This document shows, in pieces, positions 28,716 to 37,049 of a stretch of DNA of 64,000 bases (position 1 is the first letter of the stretch; every line of letters begins with the position of its first letter). The stretch spans positions 4,656 to 68,655 of the forward strand of contig DASSCF010000069.1 of assembly GCA_035698025.1 (NCBI GenBank), given 5' to 3'. A model generated the notes under the pieces. That model was not told where the DNA came from, made no database searches, and saw only the letters and a list, made by a program, of their open reading frames with translations. The translations under genes were made by a program, and so were the position numbers. The stretch is from Gaiellaceae bacterium (GTDB taxonomy: Bacteria; Actinomycetota; Thermoleophilia; Gaiellales; Gaiellaceae).

Positions 28716-29957
28716 TCAGGCCGGGGTCAGCCGAAGCTCACGCGGCAGGCGCGGCTCGAGCGCCAGCGAGCCGGCCGCGGCAACGAGGCAGACCGCGCCG
28801 GCCAGCGGCCAGAGCGCCAGCGGCTCGGCGCCGAGGACGAAGCCGCCGACGGCCGGGCCGACGATGAAGCCGATGTCCCAGGAGATCGTGGAGACGGCCA
28901 TGTAGCGGCCGCGCAGGCGTGGGGGAGCGAGGTCGGCGACGAGCGCGCCCTGCACCGGGCCCTGGAAGCACTCGCCCAGCCCGAAGACGATGCCCGCCAG
29001 CCCGAAGACGATCGCGGCGGCGAGCTCCTCGAGCCTGAGCCCGCCGAGGAAGACGATCCCCCACGAGCTCGCCCACAAGACGCACATGAACGCGAGCGCG
29101 GCCATGCGCCGCCGGCCCTCGAGCGCCTTCGCCAGCGGGAGCTGCGCAAGCGTGATCACGAGCGAGTTGACGAGGAAGATGACCCCGATCCCCTTCTCCG
29201 AGACCCCCGCCTCGTTCTTCGCGAAGACCGGCAGGAGCTCGAAGATCGCATAGCCCGCGGTCACGAAGAGGACGTTGAGGACGACGACACCCAGGAAGAC
29301 CCGGTCCCGCAGGACGTCTGCGTAGCGGCCCGGGGCGAGCGCCTCGTCGCCGGACGGGATCTCGGGCGTGGGGACGAAGGCGAGCATGCCCACGAAGACC
29401 AGGAAGGTGGCCGAGTCGAGGAGGAAGAGGACCGTGAAGCTCGTCGGGTCCGACGTCGTGGCGATCAGCCCGCCGGCCATGCCCCCGAGTCCGAGCCCGA
29501 GGTTCCGGGTCACTCGCTGGAGCGCGAAGGCGCCGTGCCGGCGCGCCGGAGGCGCCAGCCCTGCGAGCAGCGCGGACTGGCTCGGCCAGAACCCCGCGTT
29601 CCCGAGGCCCGCGACGGCGGCCGCGCCGAAGGCGTGCCAGGGCTCGGTGATGAGCGGGTAGAGGCCGAATCCGATCGCGAGGAGGACGAGCGCCACGGCC
29701 AGCGCGGCGCGCCCGCCGATCCGGTCGACGACGATGCCGACTCCGGGGCCGGCGAGGAGGCTGACGGCGCCCGTGGTGGCGAGGACGAGCCCGGCCGTCG
29801 CCAGCGAGAAGCCCCGCACGTTGTGCAGGTAGATGATGATGAAGGGGAACGCGAGGCCGTGGCCGAGCGCGTTCGCGAGCCCGCCGAGGTTGAGGATCCA
29901 GACGGATCGCGGGAGCTTCGGGTCGATGCTCCGGAGGTAACGGAGAAGGGCTTTCAA
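28716..29957 (-). CDS. MFS transporter
   Basis: About 12 TM helices and the MFS loop motif VVDRIGGR. The TTG start 29957 forms a TTGA overlap with the upstream dehydrogenase stop. Confidence 0.85.
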   Translation of the reverse strand: MKALLRYLRSIDPKLPRSVWILNLGGLANALGHGLAFPFIIIYLHNVRGFSLATAGLVLATTGAVSLLAGPGVGIVVDRIGGRAALAVALVLLAIGFGLYPLITEPWHAFGAAAVAGLGNAGFWPSQSALLAGLAPPARRHGAFALQRVTRNLGLGLGGMAGGLIATTSDPTSFTVLFLLDSATFLVFVGMLAFVPTPEIPSGDEALAPGRYADVLRDRVFLGVVVLNVLFVTAGYAIFELLPVFAKNEAGVSEKGIGVIFLVNSLVITLAQLPLAKALEGRRRMAALAFMCVLWASSWGIVFLGGLRLEELAAAIVFGLAGIVFGLGECFQGPVQGALVADLAPPRLRGRYMAVSTISWDIGFIVGPAVGGFVLGAEPLALWPLAGAVCLVAAAGSLALEPRLPRELRLTPA

Positions 29958-31036
29958 CCCTCTCCGAGCGTCTCCCAGACCTCCAGCTTCGAGCGGACCC
30001 GCGAGATGACCTCGTCCGTGTAGTCCGTCGTCGACGCGTGCCCGCTCAGGTCGGCGGTGCGGATCCCGGCGGAGACGGCCTCGAGGCACGCCTCGCGAAT
30101 GGCGCGCCCGGCCGTGCGGGCCTCGTCGTCGTCGATGTGGGAGAGGAGCGCGGCGGCCGCCAGGATCATCGCCATCGGGTTGGCGACGTTCTTCCCCTTC
30201 AGCGCGGGCGCGGTCCCGTGCGCGGCCTCGGCCATCAGCGCCTTCGGCGTGTAGTCGTCGTTGAAGGCGACGAGGAGCGACTCCGAGCCGGCGATCGACC
30301 CGAAAAGCGGCAGAACGAGGTCGGAGAGGATGTCGCCGTCGCGGTTGAGGGCCGGGATGACGAGCGGCTCGCCCGCGGAGCTGATGAGGAGCGCAAACGT
30401 CGCGTCGATGAGCTGCGGCTCGTACTCGACGTCGGCGTGGCGCTCGGCCGCGGCGTCCATCTCCTCCTTGAGCATGCCCTCGTAGGTCGGGGAGACCGTG
30501 TACTTCGGCCCGCCGAACACCTTCGCCTTGGTGCGCTCGGCGTGCCGGAAGGAGAACTCGGCGACCGCGCGGCAGATGCGCCGCTCGATGCGCTCGGTGC
30601 GGAAGGCGGCCTCGTCCTCTCCCTCGCCCTCGCGCCATTCCTTCGCTCCGTACGCGTCCCCGACCGCCATGCGCACGACGGAGATGGGGAAGTGCGCCCC
30701 GCCGATGGGCACGACGCCCGGGATCCGTCGCCCCGTGCGGACGATCACGTGGCCGCCGATCTCCTCGCGGAGGATGCGGTTCGGGCTGCCGACGTCGCCG
30801 GCGCCCTCCGGTGTGATCGTGGCCGCCTTGAGGCCCAGCCCGTGCTCGCGGACCGCGCGCGCCGCCTCGTGGACGATCTCGTTCTTCGTACTGCGCCGCG
30901 CCTCCAGCGAGAGGTCGTAGCGCGGCAGCTCGAGCTCGAGCCCCACGACGTCGGGCGCGAGCACCCGCAGTGCCTCGTCGAGAAGCTCCTGCCCGGTGTC
31001 GTCGCCCTCGAGCACCACGATGGTCCGTGTCTCCAT
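29954..31036 (-). CDS. isocitrate/isopropylmalate dehydrogenase family protein
   Basis: Motifs IVVLEGDDTGQE, NRDGDILSDL and AHGTAPALKGKNVANPMAMILAAA. The start is taken at ATG 31036 (METRTIVVLEG). Confidence 0.85.
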   Translation of the reverse strand: METRTIVVLEGDDTGQELLDEALRVLAPDVVGLELELPRYDLSLEARRSTKNEIVHEAARAVREHGLGLKAATITPEGAGDVGSPNRILREEIGGHVIVRTGRRIPGVVPIGGAHFPISVVRMAVGDAYGAKEWREGEGEDEAAFRTERIERRICRAVAEFSFRHAERTKAKVFGGPKYTVSPTYEGMLKEEMDAAAERHADVEYEPQLIDATFALLISSAGEPLVIPALNRDGDILSDLVLPLFGSIAGSESLLVAFNDDYTPKALMAEAAHGTAPALKGKNVANPMAMILAAAALLSHIDDDEARTAGRAIREACLEAVSAGIRTADLSGHASTTDYTDEVISRVRSKLEVWETLGEG

Positions 31037-31138
31037 CGGGGCCTGAGTGTAGTTCGCCCGCTGGCCGGGTACGGTCAACAACTGGTAGCCTCGCCGCGCC
31101 GCACAACCGGACCCAGAGGAGAAAAGGGGGCTTTCCCG

Positions 31139-32356
31139 CTGGCCGAAGTCACGTTCGACCGGGTGAGCAAGATCTACCCGGACGGCACGAAAGCCGTCTC
31201 AGAGATGTCGCTCGACATCGAGGACGGGGAGTTCATGGTCCTCGTCGGGCCCTCGGGGTGCGGCAAGACGACCGCGCTCCGGATGGTCGCCGGGCTGGAG
31301 GACATCTCCGAAGGCGTGCTGCGGATCGGCGAGCGGGTGGTGAACAACGTCCCGCCGAAGGACCGCGATATCGCGATGGTGTTCCAGAGCTACGCGCTCT
31401 ACCCACACCTCAGCGTCTACGACAACATCGCGTTCAGCCTCAAGCTCCAGGGCGAGAAGAAAGCCGAGATCGGCCGGCGCGTCAACGAGGCCGCGCACGT
31501 CCTCGGGCTCGAGTCTTTGCTCGACAAGAAGCCGCGCGCGCTCTCCGGCGGCCAGCGGCAGCGCGTCGCCATGGGCCGGGCGATCGTGCGCAACCCACAG
31601 GCGTTCCTCATGGACGAGCCGCTCTCGAACCTGGACGCGAAGCTCCGCGTGCAGATGCGCGCCGAGATCAGCCGCCTCCAGACCGACCTGGGGACGACGA
31701 CGATCTACGTCACGCACGACCAGGTCGAGGCCATGACGATGGGGGACAGGATCGCGGTCATGCGCAAGGGCGAGCTCCAGCAGGTCGGTGTCCCGCAGGA
31801 GCTCTACGACCGCCCGGTCAACCTCTTCGTCGGCGGCTTCATCGGGAGCCCTGCGATGAACATGCTCGAGGGGCAGCTCGCGCGGTCGGACGGCGGCATG
31901 GCCGTCGACGTCGGCGGCCAGCGCCTGGCGCTCGGTGACGACGCCGTGAGCTCGCGCGCCGGGCTCAAGAACTACGAGGGCCGCACCGTGATCGTCGGGA
32001 TCCGGCCGGAGCACGTCGAGGACGCCTCACTGACCGATGCGCCGCCCGACCGGCGGCTGCGCGGCGAGGTCGTGCTGACCGAGGCGCTCGGCTCCGAGAT
32101 CGTCGCCCACATCGCGGTCGACGCGAAGCCGGCGCTCACCGACGACGTCCGCGAGCTCGCGCAGGACATCGGCGAGGACATCGACGAGGAGGTCGCGGAG
32201 GGCAAGACGACCCTCGTCGGACGCATCGACGCGCGGTCGAAGCTCGCCATCGGGGAGCCTGCCGAGCTCACCGTCGACACGGGGGCCCTGCACTTCTTCG
32301 ATCCCGACACAGGGGCCGGGATCTACGACGAGGAAACGACGAAAGGAGCCAGCTGA
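31139..32356 (+). CDS. sugar ABC transporter ATP-binding protein (MalK/UgpC/MsiK type)
   Basis: Walker A GPSGCGKTT, Q-loop, signature LSGGQRQR, Walker B FLMDEPLS, and a MalK-type C-terminal regulatory domain. The conserved first strand (AEVTFDRV) is reachable only from CTG 31139, which has AAAAGGGGG 8 nt upstream. The first canonical start is GTG 31163. Confidence 0.9.
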   Translation: MAEVTFDRVSKIYPDGTKAVSEMSLDIEDGEFMVLVGPSGCGKTTALRMVAGLEDISEGVLRIGERVVNNVPPKDRDIAMVFQSYALYPHLSVYDNIAFSLKLQGEKKAEIGRRVNEAAHVLGLESLLDKKPRALSGGQRQRVAMGRAIVRNPQAFLMDEPLSNLDAKLRVQMRAEISRLQTDLGTTTIYVTHDQVEAMTMGDRIAVMRKGELQQVGVPQELYDRPVNLFVGGFIGSPAMNMLEGQLARSDGGMAVDVGGQRLALGDDAVSSRAGLKNYEGRTVIVGIRPEHVEDASLTDAPPDRRLRGEVVLTEALGSEIVAHIAVDAKPALTDDVRELAQDIGEDIDEEVAEGKTTLVGRIDARSKLAIGEPAELTVDTGALHFFDPDTGAGIYDEETTKGAS

Positions 32357-33693
32357 TGGCGAAGCATCGCCTTCATCTCCTCGCGCTCGTACTCATGCTC
32401 ATGCTCGCGGCGTTCGCAGCCGGATGCGGCGGGGACGACGATGACGAGGCCGGTGGGGACACAGGGGCCGCCGACACCGGTGGCGGTGAAGCCAGTGACG
32501 TGTCCGGCGAGGTCTCGGTCATCAGCACGTGGTCGGGGCCGGAGCAGGCGTCCTTCGAGGAGGTCATCGCCGGCTTCAACGAGCAGTACCCGGACGTGGA
32601 CGTCAGCTATGACTCCGCCGGCGACGCACTCCCGACGGTCCTGTCCACGGCGGTCGAGGGCGGCAATCCGCCCGACGTCGCAGTCGTGGCCCAGCCGGGC
32701 CTGATCCAGGGCTACGTCGAACGAGGCGTGCTCCAGCCGATCGACTTCGCCCAGGAGACGATCGCCGAGAACTTCGGCGAGTCCGTCATCGAGGTGGGGA
32801 CGTTCGACGAGCAGCTCTACGCGCTGCTTTTCAAGGCGGCCAACAAGTCGACCGTCTGGTACAACGTCTCGGCCTTCGAGGACGCCGGCGTCGAGCCCGC
32901 GGACAACTGGGACGACTTCCTCGCGAACGCGGAGACCGTCAAGGCCTCCGGGCTGCCCGCCTACTCGATCGGAGGCGCCGAGGGCTGGACCCTCACCGAT
33001 CTCTTCGAGAACATCTACCTCCGGACGGCCGGCGGGGACATGTACGACCAGCTCTCGCGCCATGAGATCCCCTGGACGGACCAGTCCGTCAAGGACGCGC
33101 TCACGGAGATGGCGAAGGTCGTCGGCGACACCGACAACATCGTCGGCGGCACGCAGGGCGCGCTCCAGTCCGACTTCCCGACCTCGGTGAGCAACGTGTT
33201 CGCCGAGGAGCCGAAGGCGGCCATGGTCATCGAGGGCGACTTCGTGCCGGGCGTCGTCGAGTCGCCGCTCGAGGCGGAGACGGGCTACAACGTCTTCGCC
33301 TTCCCGTCCGTCAACGACTCGCCGCCCTCGGTGGTCGGCGGCGGTGACCTGGCGATCATGTTCAACGACACGCCTGCCGCGCAGGCCTTCATCGAGTACC
33401 TCGCCACGCCCGAGGCGGCCGAGATCTGGGCCGGCAGGGGCGGGTTCTCCTCGGCGAACCAGAACGTCGATTCGGGCGTTTACCCGGATCCGATCACCGA
33501 GACCACGGCGAGCGCGATCGCCGAGGCGGAGGAGTTCCGCTTCGACCTCTCCGACCTCCAGCCGTCCGAGTTCGGCAGCACGGAGGGTCAGGGCATGTGG
33601 AAGCTCTTCCAGGACTTCGTGGCCAATCCGGACGACGTCGACGGCATCGCCCAGAAACTGGAGGCGGCGGCCGCGGCGGCGTATGGGCAGTAA
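32356..33693 (+). CDS. ABC transporter extracellular sugar-binding lipoprotein
   Basis: Lipobox LAAFAAGCGG followed by an Asp/Gly-rich linker. Size and composition fit a family-1 solute-binding protein. The ATG shares 1 nt with the ATPase stop. Confidence 0.88.
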   Translation: MAKHRLHLLALVLMLMLAAFAAGCGGDDDDEAGGDTGAADTGGGEASDVSGEVSVISTWSGPEQASFEEVIAGFNEQYPDVDVSYDSAGDALPTVLSTAVEGGNPPDVAVVAQPGLIQGYVERGVLQPIDFAQETIAENFGESVIEVGTFDEQLYALLFKAANKSTVWYNVSAFEDAGVEPADNWDDFLANAETVKASGLPAYSIGGAEGWTLTDLFENIYLRTAGGDMYDQLSRHEIPWTDQSVKDALTEMAKVVGDTDNIVGGTQGALQSDFPTSVSNVFAEEPKAAMVIEGDFVPGVVESPLEAETGYNVFAFPSVNDSPPSVVGGGDLAIMFNDTPAAQAFIEYLATPEAAEIWAGRGGFSSANQNVDSGVYPDPITETTASAIAEAEEFRFDLSDLQPSEFGSTEGQGMWKLFQDFVANPDDVDGIAQKLEAAAAAAYGQ

Positions 33694-33712
33694 GAGGCGC
33701 TAGGAGCCGCTC

Positions 33713-35053
33713 GTGAGCGGTGCCAGCATCACGGCGGAGCCCCCGTCCAGAGGGGCTCCGCCGTCAGGGCAAGGCCGTGACTGGCGGAGCTACGCGGTCG
33801 CCCTTGGCTTCCTGACACCGACGATCCTCTTTCTCGGGCTCTGGATCGTCTATCCGGCCGTCGACACGTTCAAGCGCAGCTTCTACAGCCGCACGGGCGA
33901 CGACTTCGTCGGGTTCGACAACTACGAGCAGATCTTCACAAGCGACGTCCTTTTCACGGCCGTCAAGAACAACGCGATCTGGGTGCTGGTCGTCCCGGCG
34001 CTCGTGACCGCCATCGGGTTGATCTTCGCCGTCCTCACCGAGCGGATCGCCTGGTCGGTCGCCTTCAAGACCGCGGTCTTCATGCCGATGGCGATCTCCG
34101 CGTTCGCCGCGGGCGTCACCTGGCGGATCATGTACCAGCAGGACCCCGAGCAAGGAGCGATCAACGCGGCGATCGCGTCCGTGAAGGATGCGGTCAACCC
34201 ACCGGGCGTCCTCTCGGAGGCGGCGCCCTCGACGGACGCGCTGGTCGGTGATGCGGAAGGTGGGATCGAGCTGGCCGAGCCGGTCGAGGCCGGCAGCGTG
34301 GCCTCACTCGGGCTCACCCGCATCTCGGCGGACGAGGTTCCCGATGACGCGGTGCAGGCCGTGCGGCCGGAGCCGCTCCAGGGCGGGATCAACGGCGTCG
34401 TCTGGAGAGACTTCAAGCCGGGTGGCGGCACGCCCGGCGAGGTGGAGCCAGAGGAGGTCGGAATTCCCGGCGTGACGGTCGAGCTGAGACAGGCCGACGG
34501 CGGAGAGGTCGCGCTGACGACGACCGAGCCCGACGGCACGTTCGTCTTCGAGGACGTCGGTGAAGGCCAGTTCGTGGTGGCGATCAACGCGGAGACCTTC
34601 GCGGAGCCCTTCAACGGCGTCGCGTGGCTCGGCGAGCGCCTGATCACGCCCTCGATCATCATCGCCTACATCTGGATCTGGGCCGGCTTCGCGATGGTCG
34701 TGATCGCCGCGGGCCTGGCCGCCGTCCCGCGCGACGTCCTCGAGGCCGCCCGCACCGACGGCGCCACAGAGTGGCAGGTCTTCCGGCGGGTGACCGCGCC
34801 GCTCCTCATGCCCGTCCTCACGGTCGTCTTCATCACGATGCTCATCAACGTCCTCAAGGTCTTCGACATCGTCATCTCGGTCGCGCCGGGCTCGGTGCAG
34901 GACGACGCCAGCGTGCTCGCGCTCGCGATGTGGCGCACCTCGTTCGGCGGGACGAGCAACCTCGGGGTCGGGTCGGCGATCGCGGTCTTCATCTTCGTGC
35001 TCGTCATCCCCGTGCTCCTGCTCAACATCCGCCGCTTCAGGAGGGAGGTCTGA
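33713..35053 (+). CDS. ABC sugar permease (MalF/UgpA type) with large extracytoplasmic SdrD/Cna-B-like insertion
   Basis: The EAA loop is PRDVLEAARTDGATEWQVFRRVT. At 446 aa it is well above the roughly 300 aa I recall for this family. Insertion aa 157-300 contains INGVVWRDF...GIPGVTVELRQADGGEVALTTTEPDGTFVFEDVGEGQFVV. Confidence 0.88.
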   Translation: MSGASITAEPPSRGAPPSGQGRDWRSYAVALGFLTPTILFLGLWIVYPAVDTFKRSFYSRTGDDFVGFDNYEQIFTSDVLFTAVKNNAIWVLVVPALVTAIGLIFAVLTERIAWSVAFKTAVFMPMAISAFAAGVTWRIMYQQDPEQGAINAAIASVKDAVNPPGVLSEAAPSTDALVGDAEGGIELAEPVEAGSVASLGLTRISADEVPDDAVQAVRPEPLQGGINGVVWRDFKPGGGTPGEVEPEEVGIPGVTVELRQADGGEVALTTTEPDGTFVFEDVGEGQFVVAINAETFAEPFNGVAWLGERLITPSIIIAYIWIWAGFAMVVIAAGLAAVPRDVLEAARTDGATEWQVFRRVTAPLLMPVLTVVFITMLINVLKVFDIVISVAPGSVQDDASVLALAMWRTSFGGTSNLGVGSAIAVFIFVLVIPVLLLNIRRFRREV

Positions 35054-35943
35054 TGGCGACCGTCGAAGCAGCCGAGAGACCGGCAGAGGTCAAGGGCGGC
35101 GTCTCGAGGGGGCGCTTCACGCGCTGGCTCGCGAGCACGCCCGTGCACATCCTTCTTGTCATCGTCGGGCTGCTCTGGCTCGTGCCGACGATCGGGCTCT
35201 TCCTCACCTCGCTCCTTTCGGCGGAGGACTACCTCGAGGGCGGCTGGTGGCAGATCTTCGCGGAGCCGAGCAAGTTCACGCTCGAGAACTACACGGCGAT
35301 CTTCGAGAACGACACGATCATGTCGTCGCTCGTCACGACGATCTGGATCGCGGTCGGGGGGACGCTCCTGCCGATCATCGTCGGCGCCCTCGCCGGCTAC
35401 GCGTTCGCCTGGCTCGAGTTCCCGGGCCGCGACTGGCTCTTCGTCGTCGTGATCGCGCTGCTCGTCGTGCCCCTCCAGATGGCGCTCATCCCGATGTTCC
35501 GCTTCTACGAGACGCTGCACATCAACGACACGATCTGGGCGCTGATCCTCTTCCACACCGCGTTCGGGCTGCCGTTCGCGATCTTCCTCCTGCGCAACTT
35601 CTTCATCGGGATCCCCAAGGACCTGCTCGAGGCGGCACGCATCGACGGGGCCTCGGAGATCCGCATCTTCGTGCGGCTGATCCTGCCGCTCGGCCTGCCG
35701 GCCATCGCGTCGCTCGCCATCTTCCAGTTCCTCTGGACGTGGAACGACCTGCTCGTGGCCCTCGTGTTCGGCCGAGACACCCAGCCGCTGACCGTGGCGA
35801 TCTATCGCCAGCTTGCCCAGTTCGGAGCGAACATCGAGATCATCGCGCCGGCCACGTTCGTGTCACTCGTGATCCCGCTGACGGTCTTCTTTGCGTTCCA
35901 GCGCTACTTCGTCCAGGGCCTGCTGGCGGGATCCGTCAAGTAA
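35053..35943 (+). CDS. ABC sugar permease (MalG/UgpE type)
   Basis: The EAA loop is IPKDLLEAARIDGASEIRIFVRLILP. Six TM helices. The ATG shares 1 nt with the upstream stop. Confidence 0.9.
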   Translation: MATVEAAERPAEVKGGVSRGRFTRWLASTPVHILLVIVGLLWLVPTIGLFLTSLLSAEDYLEGGWWQIFAEPSKFTLENYTAIFENDTIMSSLVTTIWIAVGGTLLPIIVGALAGYAFAWLEFPGRDWLFVVVIALLVVPLQMALIPMFRFYETLHINDTIWALILFHTAFGLPFAIFLLRNFFIGIPKDLLEAARIDGASEIRIFVRLILPLGLPAIASLAIFQFLWTWNDLLVALVFGRDTQPLTVAIYRQLAQFGANIEIIAPATFVSLVIPLTVFFAFQRYFVQGLLAGSVK

Positions 35944-35945
35944 CC

Positions 35946-37049
35946 GTGACGAGAACGTGCGCGATCGTCGGAGGCGGGCTCGCCGGCTTCTGCGCGCATG
36001 CGACCCTCCGGAAAGGGGGGCTCGAACCGGCCGAAATTGCCGTGTTCGGAACGGACCCGGATCCGGCGGCCGTGTGGCGCGTGCGCTCGGCCGCCATTCG
36101 CCAGCGGCGGATGCGCTCCGAGAGCGACGGGCACTGCGCCCCGAGCTCGTTCCCGGGGCTGGCGGTGCGCGCGGCAGTCAGGCGCCGGAGCCCCGCGCCG
36201 CTCGTCGCGAGCCTCTTCGACCGCTACCACCCGACCGTCGGCGAGTTCCTCGACCACGTCGACGAGCTGCGCGCCGCCACCGGCTGGGACGAGAGCTTCC
36301 ACCCAGCACGGGTCGAGCGCGTTCGCGCGGTCGACGGCGGCTTCGAGGTCGACGGGCACGGCGTCTTCCCGCACGTCCTGCTCGCCCCCGGCCATCCGGG
36401 GCTCGCCTGGCCGGTAGGGCTCGAGTCGGACCCGCGCGCGGTGCACGCCTACGAGCCGCACGAGTACGCGGACACCGTGGAGGTCGTCGGCGCCGGCATG
36501 GCCGCGGCGACCGAGTGGCTGAACGCGCTCGACGACGGTGCGTCGGTTGTCTCCGTGCGCCGCCGCGAGCCCGAGCGGAGGCCGCTCAACCTGCCGCGCG
36601 TGCTTTTCAGCCGGCGCGGGCTGGCCGGCTTCCACCGGCTGCCGCCGGACGAGCGGGTCGCAGTCCTCGAGCGGTTCAGCGCCCCGTCCTACCCGGCGGG
36701 CCGCACCTGGGACGAGCCGGTCGAGGCCGCGCGCAGGCAGGGGCGCTTCCAGGTTGCGCCCGAGCTGAACGGCGCGCCCCAGATCGTCTGCGCGACCGGC
36801 TTCCGGCGGGGCTTCGACCACGATCCGCTGCTCGCGCGTCTGGTTGCCGAGCACGGGCTCGAGACCGCCGGCGGGTGGGTCGTCCTCACCCCGGACTCGA
36901 CGGTGGGGGCGCTGACCGACGAGACGCGAACGCTCGCGCTCGCCGGCGTGCCCGCGCAGTGGGCCTTCCCCGCCGCGGACACGCTCATGGGAGCCAAGTA
37001 CGCGGCCCGCCGCTTCGCGCGAAAGGTGGAGGCGTGGCGTACACGCTGA
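35946..37049 (+). CDS. FAD/NAD(P)-binding oxidoreductase (class B flavoprotein monooxygenase-like)
   Basis: Two dinucleotide-binding motifs (CAIVGGGLAGF, VEVVGAGMAAATEW) and a C-terminal CATGF motif. The GTG start is 2 nt after the permease stop. Confidence 0.7.
   Translation: MTRTCAIVGGGLAGFCAHATLRKGGLEPAEIAVFGTDPDPAAVWRVRSAAIRQRRMRSESDGHCAPSSFPGLAVRAAVRRRSPAPLVASLFDRYHPTVGEFLDHVDELRAATGWDESFHPARVERVRAVDGGFEVDGHGVFPHVLLAPGHPGLAWPVGLESDPRAVHAYEPHEYADTVEVVGAGMAAATEWLNALDDGASVVSVRRREPERRPLNLPRVLFSRRGLAGFHRLPPDERVAVLERFSAPSYPAGRTWDEPVEAARRQGRFQVAPELNGAPQIVCATGFRRGFDHDPLLARLVAEHGLETAGGWVVLTPDSTVGALTDETRTLALAGVPAQWAFPAADTLMGAKYAARRFARKVEAWRTR

Noticed and set aside
28716-31106. Single 796-aa minus-strand ORF suggesting one large fusion protein
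   Set aside because: Only the C-terminal 413 aa (the MFS transporter) make sense. The N-terminal part is an out-of-frame read through the dehydrogenase gene, which has its own frame (29954..31036) and a TTGA junction.
30038-32356. 772-aa plus-strand ORF extending the ABC ATPase about 1.1 kb upstream
   Set aside because: The upstream 367 aa are antisense to the dehydrogenase gene and have a junk composition. ATPase homology begins at 31139.
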